A stretch of 64,000 nt of DNA from Geosiphon pyriformis uo1 (Eukaryota > Fungi > Glomeromycota), in contig JAAOMT010000057.1 of NCBI GenBank assembly GCA_016748015.1, forward strand, positions 547,536 to 611,535, given 5' to 3'. The notes under the pieces are model-generated. The model had not been told where the DNA came from. It was given only the letters and a program-made list of their open reading frames with translations, and made no database searches. The position numbers and the translations under genes were made by a program. Each line of letters opens with the position of its first letter. The stretch's first letter is position 1. Positions 1 through 13,671 of the stretch are shown one piece after another.

Positions 1-3000
1 ACAAAGATAAAAAAATAATTAATTTGATTTAAACATAAAATTAGTAAAAAAATATAAGCATTTTGGTCATTTATTTTTTAAGTATAATTCTTCTAACTCA
101 TTCACTCCTATCTTGAAGAAAGTCTATAAAAAATATATATTAAATAAGAATCATCTTCAGCTAATGTATTTTTATGTAAAAAATATTTTCATAGCCCAAT
201 TTGCTGTTTTTAATAACAAGTCTTAAGTAAAAGTAGTGTTATTGGTAGTTTTACTTGTCATATTTTCTAATAGTACTCATCTTGGTTCTGGTTTTGGCTT
301 ATTTTTAGTTAGTATTTCATATATTGATAAAGCTTTTTTTGTTATAATAAATAATATATCTACCAATATTTGCTTGACTTTATTGAACATTTCTTAAAAC
401 TTTTGGCTAATTAAGTGTCTAATATTGTATACAAGCTAAGCAATTTAGAACTAATGTCCTTGATATCTATTTTTTAATCTTTTATCCCAACTGTTTTAGT
501 ACTCTTAAACTCAAATTTAGATTTAAACATGGTTTTAAATAATTATACAGTATTGTTTTATTTTTTATCTTAAATTGTAAAGAACAAATCTTCTAATTTA
601 AATTTAAGTAGCTCAAAAATTCTGACCACTAAAGTTGGTGGCTTGGAATTAAAGATGGTTGTTCTTAAGATTTTTATTAATTCAATTTTAAAAAATTAGA
701 TCAATTGTGTACTGGTTCAAGTTTTTTGACATATTTTTCATCTTGATAAGTAATTTTGTTTAAATGATAGCTATATGTAATATTAAAGACATGAACAATA
801 TAATTAAGCAAGAAGATATAATCAAGTAGCACAATAAATTTGGTAATTGAATTTCTATTATTATTAAGACTAGACTAAAATAACAGACTAGATTCTGAAT
901 AAAAAATAAGTTTCAGAATATAAGAGTTTTTGTTTCTGGTTTAAATACTAGTTATATAAAAGTTAAAATAACAATAATAATAAACAATGCTTTAATTTAA
1001 CATATATACAAGATTTTTGAGGTCTTTAGTCATTTTATTTCAATTTGTTTGTTGTTTAGCAACAAAATTTCAGTAATAATTTTGGGTTTATATGCTGGTG
1101 CCTTGGCTAACATGTAATTTAATCAAGCTTATAAAGTGAATTTAGTTATTGCTAAGACAATTGTTTTAAGTTTTCATGTTGTATTGGATGACAACTTTAA
1201 TAAAAATAGTGTAAAATATAGTGTAAGCTTTAAAAAATGTTTTAATTTAGGTTTGTGTAATTTTCTGGTAAGTAATTCAGCTGTTAAGATTTCAATATGA
1301 AGCAATTCAAGAAATATAAAAAAAACTATTAATTATATTCTGGTTAGTAAATATCTTTCAATATAATAGTTAAACATAAAGTCTGTGATGTTTTTAATTT
1401 CTTTAATACTGATTATTTGGCTATTGTAGTTTTGATTGGCTTGAGTGGCCTTTTGAATGTACACTTAAATACAATCTGCAAATAAACTAATAAGAATCAA
1501 TAGAAATTTGGTATTAAGAATGTAAACAATTCAAAATAGATTTAGTTTAAAAAATATTTATCAGAACAAATATCTAGTATGCTTGACAAATTTTATATTG
1601 TAAAAGAACAGAGCAATTTAAATACTATGTAAAAACTTCTAAAATCAGTAATAGTTGAATTAACAAAGTTTTTTACAAAATTTAGTTTAGAAATCCCAAT
1701 AATTTCAGAAACAAGCAGTTTTTAAGATTTTACAGATTGAAAATTTTGGTTTTGAAGTTGGTTAAGACTTTTTTCTTAAAGAATATTATTAAGTCTAACT
1801 GTTTTGGAGATATTTGGTCTAGATTGAATACTATTAATTTTTTTAAGCTGTTGTCTTTGGTTAAAAGTAGAACAAAAAGTAAAGAAATATTCATTTTTTT
1901 ATCAAAAGTTAAGAAAACATATTGCATATTTAAATATCAAGAATTTGAAGCTATAAAAACAGTTATAATTTAGGACATAATCAATAGGAAAATAGAAGAC
2001 TTTTGTACAAACAAAAATCATATAATCAAAAATATTCTGAAAAAACCTTTTTAAAAAATGGTTTTAAATTATTTAGTAATAGATGAAAATTTGATTTTAG
2101 AACCTAAAATAGTAAAAACCAAAGTAAATAAAATCATAGAAAACTGAACTAAGAAGAGACTAGTGTCCAAAGTAGTGCCAAATTTTTGGTCTTGACAATA
2201 TATGTCTTAGAATTATGTTAAAAATAGAACATTTTTTAATATTATAAAATAAATTAGTTCAAATAAATTGTTTCTAAATATAAGAAATTTACTTAATAAC
2301 AAAACTGCTGGTCTGTCTAGTATTTTAAATGAATTATAAAAACAAAGTAGTTCTAAAGTTATGACTTGTTTCTTAATCCTGTTAAATTGTTGTTTGAATA
2401 TTAACACAGTTTTTATTTTATAAAAAAAAGCTTAGATTTTTATGATTCCAAAGTTCTATAATTAAAATAAGATGTTAATCAACACTAAATTAATAGTGCT
2501 AATTAAGATGACCAAGAAAATTTTGTTAAAGATACTTTCAAACCAGATTTCTCTTGTATATAATACATCTAGTGCTTTTTATAAAGATAATTTTTCAATA
2601 TTAAAAGATATATTAACTTAGTCTCCAGTATTTGCAATTGGCTTAGTTATAAAAGATACTTTAAAAAAGAATAGGAAGCTGTGATTGATTTTACAAAACA
2701 TGTATAAAGCATATGATTCAGTCAGCTAACATCATTTGAGAAACAGCCTGAGATGCATTAAAATATGTGGACAATTTATCAATTTTTTTGACAGTATATA
2801 TCAGAACAAAATTAACGGAATCATAATTGACTTTAGTCTATTAGATAATTATTATATACATAATAAATTAGACTAAGATAAAGTTTTTTTTACATTTCTT
2901 CTGAAGAATTTTTTATGACTTTTTTTTGTGTAAAATTAAAAGACATAAACATTTATGTAATTACTGTATTGACACAAAATTTATAGCCAAAACAAACAAA

Positions 3001-5560
3001 TTAGAGAACACAAATGGTAAGACTTTTTTTTTACAGTTAGTATTTTTGTTGATAATACAATTTGAGTAAGAAATAACCAAACTTTAACTTAATATATTTT
3101 GAATATTGCCAGTAAATTTTTTAATATTAACAATATTTCAATTAATAATAACAAAACAGTGGTTATTTCTATTAACCAGAAGATTAAAAATGCATTTTTG
3201 ACTATTAATGAGAGTCCTATATTAATTGTAAAAAAAGATAAATTACATTATTATTTGAGAATTTATCTTTTTACTAATAGTCTATTTAATCTTAGTTTGA
3301 TAAAAACTTATTTAAATATTAGGTTTTTTATAAACATAGTATTGAAGAAAGCAATTTCAGATAAACAATTCTGTTATTTGGTCTCTGTTGTCTTATAGCC
3401 TATTATATATTATTATATACAGTTTAGTTTTATTTTAATTAATGTTTGCTGCAAATAAAATTTTTTAATCAAAAAAAACCTGAAAATAAAAGCTAGATTG
3501 CCTAAAAATTTCTCCAATAACACTTTGTATTATTTATTTCTGTACAATCTGAAGTTTTTTAAACTGTTACAAGCTAAAAATAAAGTGACTTTAACAGTTA
3601 GTTTTGCTAATTCTAAGAGTATTCTTAACAGACTTTTTGATTATTGGTTTCTGAATTTGCAGGCTTTGAGCTGGACTTTGGCTAATACTTTGCAATATTC
3701 TGTTAGATTAGGTCAGTTTTGTAAACAATTTCTTTGTTGGAGTAGTATAGGTGTTTTTAAACAATAAAATCTCTTTATTAAAAAACTTGCCACAAGTTTT
3801 TTGCAGTTCAAAAAAGTTTTTAATATCTAACATTTTGGGTAAAAAAACTTATTACAAAATTGTGATTTTTTTAAAATATTATAATGTTGCTTTTGATGAC
3901 AGACTTTTGGATAAACATAGCAATTTAATAACTTAAAAGACTTTTTGCCACCAAAAAAAACTGGATCCAAGGAGTTTTGTTCTAGTTTGGTTTACTATAG
4001 CATCTGGTTTTTTAAATAGCTTAAAATTTACTATTGAAAATAACCTAAATAATTCGAATATTGTTTTTCATAATGTCTTGAATTTAAATAGTTTTGAGTT
4101 AATTAAAGATCTTCTGCATAAAGTTTAGGCTAATGTTTTTGATATTTATATTAATAGGTTATTTAAAAAATTGGATACAGCAGAAATAGCTGGTGGGACA
4201 GTTGTCTATTTCTCAAATATGAATATGAATATTGGTGTTAAAGTGTTTAGTATGGTGTCTTTTACAATAACTGAACTATAAGCTATTACTTTGGTTTTGG
4301 AATATGTGCTTTTTTCTAGCTTTGTAGTTTTGTATTTAAACAGTTAAGCAGCTATTAATGCATACAAATCAGAACTTAATTTATTTAAACCAAACTTTTG
4401 CAATAAATGTTGGATGAAAAAGTGTTATGTTAATAATCTGATAAAAACAAAAATTTAAATGTAATTTGGTTAAAGATTAAGAGTCATTTAAGTGTGTTTA
4501 ATAATAACTATATTAAAAAACTGATTAAAACAGCTGTCTATTCTCCTATGTTTCTTCTTATTAATATTTTGAAGCATTATTTGGTTGTTAATAGTTTGGT
4601 GGTATCTGACAATACATGTTATTTCATTCAGAATATTTATGAAACAATTACTAGCATTCATTAGAAAGTGAATTTTGGTTTTAAAATTATCAATAATTTT
4701 CTTATTTGTAATATTAATTGGGTTTAGACAGTTAAAGTTTGGCATTTAAACTTACATATGCTCACTAATATTATTAGCAAATCCACAATCAATCTTAGAA
4801 CTTATATAATGAAAATAGTTTATAAGAGACTTTCTATTGCTATATGTAAAAGACTATATAATAAGTTCTATCTGATTGTTTTGTGCTTATTTCATAAGAA
4901 TATAAAACTTTCAGATTATTTATTCATGTATTCAAGTAATGCAAACTAACAAAAGAAATTAATTTTGGGTTATGTTAAGTTTTAGTTATTATTAGCTGGT
5001 AAAAAAATGTTTGTATTTTTTTTTGTGTTATGGTTTCTATTCTCTTGTTTATTTAATATTGGGTTGTATATAATGCTTTGTAAAAGATTTGTTCTTAAGT
5101 CTTGGCTCAAAGATGCTTTGGTAATATTTGATAACAAAAAAAAAGCCATTTGTATACTGGTTAATTTCTCTTGTTATTTAATTAACTTTTATTACTATAA
5201 AATATGATATATTAGGGTAATACATAAATCAAAAACAGAGAAAACTAGATTGATAAGTAATATTAGTATAATACCTATATTACCTAATAGATTACATACA
5301 AGTTTATTAAATAAGATAGTTTGTATGCTTGACATTATTAAATTCTTTACAGCAAGCTTTGATAAGCATTTGTCTTGTGTTTTTCTTTGACATTGATAGT
5401 AGTTTAATAGTTTATATAAATGTATAGTGCTGTTTAAGTTAGTTTAAGTAGTTAGTTATATGTAGTAAGGACATGAATTGTATTTAGTTAGAATTTTTTA
5501 GTTTAATTCTATATATTAGATAACAATTAAGTTATACTTATTAAATTAAATAAAAAAATA
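1..5560 (+). mobile_element. Degenerate LINE-like non-LTR retrotransposon (ORF1 tail, APE endonuclease, RT, RNase H, 3' UTR)
   Basis: Decayed motifs in order: endonuclease start AICNIKDMNNIIKQEDII at ~770; RT motifs KTAGLSSILNEL (~2300), KAYDSV (~2705) and FVDNTI (~3045); RNase H-like DIYINR..TEL*AITLVLE..YLNS*AAI (~4140-4360); then a 3' UTR motif and A-rich tail at ~5440-5560. Many stops. Confidence 0.85.
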
Positions 5561-5589
5561 TATATATCAAATAGAATATATTAATAAAA

Positions 5590-8400
5590 AAAAATTTGAA
5601 AACAAAAGCTAACCAGTCAAAAAAATTTTTAATAAAACTGTTTACTATCTATGTTTATATGATCTAAAATTTTTTGAATAAATATAAGTGATAAATAATA
5701 TAATTATAATGATAGATTTTTTAAATATTAATAGTATTCTTAGTTATTTGTTTAATCACAGATTGTTAATTTATAAGTATTGAGTTGGTTTTTCAAACAT
5801 TTATTATAATACTTTATTAAGTTAAAAATTAGTTTAATCAACAACTTTTTGGCTAGTATAATAAAAATTTTTCTAAATTATAACATTTTTTTTGAAAATT
5901 TGTTTTTTTTCATATTTTGTTTTTCTAATAACATTCTAATATTGCTTATTTTAGAAAATTTGGTCTTTTATAAGGTTTTTTGCTTCTTTAAAAAATTTGG
6001 TATTGCTTTTATTAAACAACTTTATATTAAAAAAAGTTAATTTTTGATTAAAAAAGTTTTATTATTAAAAAAAAACTTGATTTTAAAAGTCTAGTTTCTG
6101 TTTGATTTAAATTAGTATTTGATTTTTTAGTTAATAATATCTTTTATTAAACTAATTTGTTTTTAAATAGTAGTTTCTGTTTTTTAAATATTTGTGGTTT
6201 TAATACTTTTTTTGTGATTAAAAAAAGTTTTTCTGATGTTAATTTAGATATTATTAATATTTATACAAATAAGTTTTTGAAAAATCTAAGTATATTTAAG
6301 ATAAAATATAATACAGTTGTATTTTTTATTAATTTGAATTTGGTTGTAAATTTTGTAATTAATAATATGATTTTGTTTATATTAATAGAATTATATATAA
6401 TTGTTTTGGTGCCTGAATATATTTCTGTTTCTAATACTATTAAGACATATTCAGATAGTTAAACTGTTTTGAATATTTATTTAATTGAATTAAATATTGC
6501 TTTGCCAGATTTTTTTAATTGTTGTTAACTTAAAAGACATAATATTATAAATTTTATTAGAAATAGAAATCTTTATATTACTTAGTTTAAGGTTAAAAAC
6601 TATTTAAATGTTTTAAATAATAAATATGCTAATAAACTGATTGTTTGTACTTTTTATTTGAGTTTAATACTTTTTATTTATATTCATAAAAAGTATATTA
6701 AAGTTAGTAATATAGTAATATTTAAAAATACTAAGTATTTTATTTGTAATATATTCAAAATTATTTGTTATATTTGCTAAAAAATTAAATCTGGTTTTAA
6801 TATTATAAATAAAAATATTATTAAAAATATTAATTAAAATCAGATTGTTTTAATTTGACATTTTAACTTATATATAATCTTTAGTTTTATTAGTAAAACA
6901 TTTGCTAATTTGTATTTATATTTTATAAAAACTTTGTATTATTACTTGTCTGTTGCTATTTATAAACATTTGTACAATAAAAAATATCTTAGTATTTTAT
7001 GTTTATATTATAAAAAGATAGAATTTTTTTATATATAAATCAAATTTTGCTGTTTGTAAAAAATTAATCAAGTTGTAAATAGTTTTATAAAGTTTTTTTT
7101 CAAATTTAAGTCTGTTATCTACTTGTGTTTTACTGTTGTTTTTTTTATATGTATTTAATTATATTGTTTATATTGTTTTGTGTAAAAGTATTATATTTAA
7201 AAAATAGTATTTGAAAGCTTTGTTTATTTTTGGTTGCTTACAGATTGTTATTAAAAAAATTATTAATTTTGTATATAGTTTAAGTATAGTTTACTATAAA
7301 AAAATATAATTAGTGTAGTCTAAATATAAAGCAGTTTTAGAAAAGAGTAGTTTGGTTTTTTGCAATAGTTTTATGTCTTTAATGATATATAATTTAATGT
7401 CTTTGCTTTTTAATAGTGTTGTTAAGTTGCTTAGAATTACAAAAACATATAATATTAGTTTTAATACACACAAATTTTGTGATCTTTTTTTAAAAATTAG
7501 TTGTTATATTTCTGTTAAAATAAATATATAGTGTTGTTCTAATTGGTTTAAGTAGCTGGTCATATATAAAAAATATATAATTTGCATCTAATTTAAATTA
7601 CTTAGTTTAATATATTGTTACAGTTAAAACCCATACTTTTTATTAGTTATTATATGTATTAATTACTAATATTATATAATTAGCCATTTTATTTTTAGAT
7701 AATAATCATTGACCTAATTAATAATCTAATTATTAATCTAATTATTGACCTAATTATTGACCTAATTATTGATCTGATTGTTAACTTGATTATTGACCTA
7801 GTTATTGATTTGTTTATTGACTATTTTCAATAGCTATATAAGTGATAAGTCTCTTAGTTGTAAAAAGACATAATCAAAGTAATAAAATAAAACTCACTAT
7901 TAATTATTTCTTCTTATATTGCTTATTTCTTTTTTTTTATCTTTAAATATCTAAATATCTTGGAATAAAAAATTATTTGTTGGCATTTACATACTTTATC
8001 TTTTTTTTTGATTTGTATTATTAGAATTAGTCTGAGAAATGATTGCTTGTTTTTGTGATTTATTAAATAAAAAAACAATTGAAAAACACAATAATACCTG
8101 TTATTAATTTTAAAAATTATTGAATTAAGGCATAGAATAATAGCAGTGGTATTATTTGTTAATAAACACAGACTATTTTTTTACCTTTAGATTTTCAAAA
8201 AAGATTTGTAACTGTGATTTTTATAAGATTGATCACATATATTGAATTTTTACTTATTTAATTCATTTCCATATTGTATTTTTTTTTGATTATTTTTATT
8301 ACTCTACAATTTTGTTCTCTCTTGCTATCTGTTAGCTTGTTATTCCAACTCATAATAATATTATGTTAAATAACATTTGGATCTTATTTATTAAAAAAAA
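5590..8400 (+). mobile_element. Highly degenerate 5'-truncated LINE (post-RT region, RNase H, 3' UTR) interrupted by a solo LTR
   Basis: ORF 6157-6462 reads as an eroded RNase H (NIYTNKFLKNL...IELYIIVLVPEYI...YSDS). The 3' UTR motif is split at 7615/8358 and followed by an A-run at ~8393. Confidence 0.7.
7616..8357 (+). mobile_element. Solo LTR, Gypsy family B
   Basis: Ends TGTTAC...CATAATA with a 4-bp TSD ATAT (7612-7615 / 8358-8361). It is the reverse complement of the LTRs at 39636 and 43137 and has an internal 12-bp tandem repeat. Confidence 0.9.
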
Positions 8401-8727
8401 ATTAATGAGTTTATAATAATTTTTAAGTTTTTTTTTTGTTATTATTGTTTTATATAATATATTTTTTAAGTATATTTATTGTTAATATTAAAACAGTTCT
8501 TAATGTTTTTAATAAAATTTTTTAAATTATATTAAAGCTTATTAATGTTTGCACAATATATTATTGTTTATTTTAAAACTTTTAAAATTATTATAATTGT
8601 TTTTGTTTGTTAATTAGTTTTAATAGATAAAAACAGTATTAAAATCTTTTTTTTTGTTAATTAAAAAAGATTATTATTTTTTGTAATATATTTAAAATCA
8701 AGTTGGTTAATTTTTTTGGCTATATAG

Positions 8728-9425
8728 TTTTTTTTTTTTAATTTTTTTTAATGAGTAAAGTCCAAATATGACTTACTACTATACATTACATCAATAATCT
8801 AAACTAAGTGTGAATCATGTATTTGCTACACATGACCAGCCACTCAGGTCAATCAAGACAATACTAGACACTTATATGAACAGAAACTATGTTTCTAATA
8901 TCTGAGAAAAACAGACAAGACTTACAAAACCCAAAACTAATACCAAATACATTGGCAACACCCAATAACCTAACCATTCCAGCTGAGAACACCACCAAAA
9001 GACCAGAAACTGAGACAGGAACAGAACTATCCTATAGAATCAAGCCACATTTTTTTATAATAACCTGGTATTTGATACACACCAGCCAAATATTATCCTA
9101 AAAAGCAAAACAAAATTTACACACAAAAAATACAACATTCTGAGCTGTAACTTTAGAATTCTTAAAAACAAAAACAGATTCATGATACCAATTGTTGAAA
9201 ACAAAACCTTTACACAGAGCTGTACTAACAACAACATCAGAAACACAAATATACAACAATTGCAAGACACAAGAAAAAGAGTGAGATAAACTCGAGTGCA
9301 TCTCCCAAGTAGACACATGAACTTCCATCAACTAAACACAATCAGCAGTGTTAAAAGGACAAGAAAAAACATGGTTCAAGACCTCAACATCTCCACAGAA
9401 CAAACACACCACATTGGGGTATATA
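8728..9425 (-). mobile_element. 5'-truncated LINE 3' end (ORF2 C-terminus, 3' UTR, poly-A)
   Basis: The minus strand encodes YPNVVCLFCGDVEVLNHVFSC (CCHC) and ALCKGFVFNNWY. The 3' UTR motif lies at ~8760-8845 with a T-run at 8728-8749. Less eroded than its neighbours. Confidence 0.85.
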
Positions 9426-9559
9426 GTTTTTGAAATTAATAATTATATCTGTTTTATTTTCTGTTTTTTTAACTTTGCATAATAATTACAATATATTATT
9501 GTTATTTTTAGTTTTTAAAAAAACCTAAATATTATAATTATTAAACTAGTACTTTAAAA

Positions 9560-10095
9560 AAATGTTATATTTGGTAAAAAATTTTTGAATATTAATGCTA
9601 CTTTAAGTATTAAAATGTAGATTATTTGGTTTTAAGTTGTAAAATATTGTTCAAATCTGTGATTTTTTTTAAGGTTTTGAATCTTATGTTAAGGCTTTTG
9701 TCTTATTAGCTTTTTTGTTGTTGTTTTTTTGGCTGTTTCTGCTGTTGTTGCTGTTAATCTTATAGTTGGTTCTAAATTAGTTCTAAGTTGGTTTTTTTGG
9801 AATTTGAGTTGGCTGTTTTGGTTTTTTTGATCAGATTTATTGTTGAATTCATTAATGCTTTGGTTGTTTTGGTTACTAGATTACTTAATATTTCTTTTGT
9901 TTTACATAATAAGCTCAAAGACATAATTAAACTTGTTCTCAGAATAGGTTTTTTTCTTTAGAATCAACGTAGTTTAGCCTTAAATGGACTTGTGTGTCTG
10001 CTCATATGTAGAAAGTGCTTGAATCACATCTAATTTAGGACTCTTGGTAGGTATTATATTAGATAGTAATAGGCGTTAAATAATAATAAAAAAAT
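9560..10095 (+). mobile_element. LINE-derived fragment ending in the shared LINE 3' UTR motif
   Basis: 9990-10075 resembles the 3' UTR motif of the other LINEs and is followed by an A-rich tail. The upstream part resembles decayed ORF1 sequence. Confidence 0.45.
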
Positions 10096-10715
10096 GATGA
10101 TAATGATAAATTAATTTTGTTAATAATATTATCTATTATATTATTATTTAATTATTATTTATAAATATATACGTATAATAAAACAGCAAAAAAAAATTGT
10201 TTTAATTAAAATTAAAATAAGTTTGTATTAAAATGAAATTTTTTTTTTAATTATAATAACTTGATTATTAATTTTCTTAGTTTTGTGCATATAATTTTAA
10301 ATTTGTTTTATTCAAAAATTATTATTAATTAATAAACTGAATAAATCATTTTTTAAAAACAAAAATAACATTATACAATTGAAAAACTTAATCAATGCTT
10401 AAAAACAATTTAAATTGTACAAATTCAAAAAATATAAGGTCTGATATAATACATAAGTTTATAATTTATTGTTATAAAATTTTATTAAAACGAATAATTA
10501 ATTATTAATTATATTAAGAAAACATAAATAAAAGTATCGACAGTGGAAATAGTAAAAAGCATTACAAAAAAAAACAATAAACAAAAAGTTTTATTTGTGA
10601 ATTTAGTATATAGGTTTTCGAGGTTTAAAACGCAGACCGAACTTTTGTTACTGCACTCAATTTCTCTACATAGATAAATAATTTGATAGGGTATCTTTTT
10701 AATTTATAATTCAAA

Positions 10716-11755
10716 TTACCAGCCCCAAGTTCCAAGGCCACCTTTGAACCCTCGTTCCCCCCCGTCAATATCTGAGGTGATCCAGCCGCCGTAAAAGTCA
10801 CCTTCCTGGGCGTTCACCTGATGGGAAAATATGGTTGAGCGTGTAATAGATTTCGACTACAGAAAGGGAAAGGGAAAGGTAAAAGAGGCTTAAAATTTTA
10901 ATTTGAACTGACCTTCTCACCGTCTACATAGCATTCGAATGGGCTGGGGTAGAACTATTATTGGATTTATTTCCATGTTCGTTATGAATAGATAATTTGA
11001 TTTATTGATATTGAAATTTTAACATGTTAAACTTGGGAAATGGAAGCAAGAATTTCAAATAACTTATTTTCATACCGAAAGATAGTTCTTGATATTTGCG
11101 TAAGCAGGGTTGGGTTTTATATAAAACCAAACTTTTATGACATTCGAAATTGAAAAATTTTATTTTTCACGAAAATGTTATTTATTTCTAAAAGAAAAAA
11201 AAGTGACTAACCTCGATCATGAATGATTTCGTCATCATTCATTTTCACGTCGTAGTAACTCGCTGTACCTTTCCACTGGTAAAAGGTCATTAGACAAGAA
11301 TTTTAAGTTCCCAAAATAGATCGAAATTCAATTTTTTTTGGAATGCCAATTCCATACCTCGCAAAAACTATTCCGCTCACTTATTACGAAATGCTTCAGT
11401 AGGACGTCTTTCGGTGGTATATAATACGCTGAATTATGTTGACAAAATCAGAATTTTGTGTAATCAATCAAAAGATAGTTCCCTGAAATAAAACCCTACT
11501 TGGGGGATGCGAGGTCTCCAAAATACGATAGGCGTTCTTGGTATCAGCTAAAACTATGCCTTTATAAATGACTTTGAGATGTCGTGTAGTGTGTTCAATT
11601 GCTGGTGGTCTAAATTGAAAAAGGCCAAATTGTCAAAATTTAAATGAAGAAAGTTAAATCTAAGATTTAATGGTTGTGCGCGTATAAATATTTCACAAAG
11701 CCTGTTACCGTGGATAATCCCACACACTTTGACGCTTTTTACCCTCTTGACTCAT
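10716..11755 (-). CDS. DUF427 domain protein (about 170 aa, 7 exons)
   Basis: Hand-spliced with GT-AG introns: MSQEGKKRQSVWDYPR|PPAIE...ETSHPP|TYYIPP...SFCE|WKGTASYYDV...|WFYIKPNPAYANIKNYLS|FYPSPFECYVDGEK|VNAQEGDFYGGWITSD...FKGGLGTWGW*. These are signature motifs of the SVWDYPRPP-type DUF427 family. Confidence 0.92.
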
Positions 11756-11956
11756 TACGAATTTATTGTTAAAAAAAAATAAGAATATTTGAGACTTTTT
11801 GCAAACATGATCACAATGAAGAAATGAGTATTATTGGCATATAATCAAATCCAAGTGATTTACAATTTGGTAATCCCTAATATCAATGGATCCTCGCATG
11901 GTCAATCTTTATAAAATTAACGAACTAACAAAGATTCCAGACTCGCAAACTTCACG

Positions 11957-13326
11957 ATGTCTGAGAAACAATCTTCCCACGAGGTTCAACAAATTTTCAG
12001 TGTTATTGAAGATATTTCGAACAAAATTGAACGATTTCCCGTAAGTTTTATCTATGAAAAAAATCGAGATGTTAAAGAATTGAGAGCCAAGCATTTACAG
12101 GTAGTCTATTTAGTAGAGTCTCGTAGTTGCTTAAAGAGAAGGTTGTCATAATTTTAAGAAATTAAACGTTTTTGATTTCAAAAAGTATGTGAAACACAGT
12201 GTGACTTCATTGATTTCTTGTGAATCTTATTACGATGGATGTGATTGTACCGACAATTGCGAATCTTCAGAATGTGGGTGCAAATCAACTCATGGTGAAT
12301 ATTTTCATTCTTTTCATCATGCAATTGTAATATTGGATATTTTTGTGACTGATATGAATAAATTATGCCCTAATCCCGAATCTCAAAAATTTCTTTGAGG
12401 CTTCTTTTACGATCCAACAATCCCGGGGCTTCATCCTTCTCTTATCTCGCCAGACACGGGCAAATTCTCACATACAATCTACGAATGCAATTCTTCGTGT
12501 ACATGCACCCCTGGCTGTTTAAATCGTTTGGTTCAACATGGTACCACACTGCCATTGCAAATTTTCAAAACTCATAATAAGGGATGGGGTGTTCGTGCCA
12601 TACCTTTGAATCCAAGTAAAAGTGTTGATAATCGATTTCAAGAAACTATAATAAAGAAAGGACAGTTTGTATGCGAGTACGCAGGAGAAATCATAAAAAC
12701 CGAGCAAGTAAAAAGTCGATGGAAAGTCTATCAGGAAAGGGAAGAGGGGGAAGGAGATGCTGGAAATTACGTCCTTTGTTTGAAGGAGCATATTGGGTCA
12801 GTTGGCAACTTTCACATAAGAGCTGGTTTAAATTCTTTTTGATTTAACAATTGATTTTCAATAAAATATTTTATTTGCTCATAAAAAAGACACGAGCGCA
12901 TTTTACGCACGGTAACAGAAGTCCAAATAAAGTTTTCATATATATATTTTATCTGAAATTAAATGAAGCAAAAATCCCAAAATTTTTAAGAACATTGACC
13001 CAACATTTATTGGTAACGTTGGTCGATACATCAACCATTCCTGTTCACCGAACCTTGCCATTTTTCTAGCACGCGTCAACTCGCTAATTCCTATTGCAGC
13101 ACTATTTGCTGTACGAGATATCTGTGCTGGGGAGGAACTGAGTTTTGATTATGCTGGGAAAATTGGAATACAAGATGGAAATAAACTCGAATATGTGACT
13201 AAAGAGGTTATGGGAGGTTATACGAGTAGAGAAGAGCCAAAACACTTTCAAGGGTTAGAGAAGAAACCTTGCTTGTGCTCTAGTGAGGAATGTCGTGGAA
13301 TCTTGCCTTTTGATGAGTCTTTGTAA
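11957..13326 (+). CDS. SETMAR-like histone-lysine N-methyltransferase (pre-SET, SET, post-SET; no transposase), about 5 exons
   Basis: EDISNKIERFPV; pre-SET GCDC..C..CGC and IYECNSSCTC..CLNRLVQ; SET motifs KGWGVRA, FVCEYAGE, NIDPTFIGNVGRYINHSCSPN and GEELSFDY; post-SET CLCSSEECRG. Includes a 22-nt micro-exon at ~12890-12911. Confidence 0.9.
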
Positions 13327-13671
13327 AATAATTTGAAACTCATAAAAAGGTATGAATAAAATTTATAGTTTTTGACACTAAATAGTGAGAATTCCATAAA
13401 ATATGTAGCATCACTTATTCATGGTTCACCAAAGATCGAAGACGCGACTCAAGCAAGCGATCATAAATTGCCATGTTGGAAAATCTATCTTCTATCTATC
13501 TATACAGGATCTAATCATCTGCGTAACGTAACGCTAATGTGATTTCTAAATTTGGTTAATGAAGCGCGTTCGTATCGTGAAGCTATGGTACAAGAAATAC
13601 AAAAAAATAATGCAAAAATTGTTCTCCCTTCTTCCCTTTTCACCGTTATACTCCTCTCCCATCTATGAAAT

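Noticed and set aside
1730-6462. Short Ile/Phe/Lys/Asn-rich ORFs as host genes or mitochondrial insertions
   Set aside because: They are fragments of eroded LINE frames or chance ORFs in AT-rich DNA.
11957-13326. SETMAR-mariner fusion
   Set aside because: A stop codon follows the post-SET domain and no transposase lies downstream.
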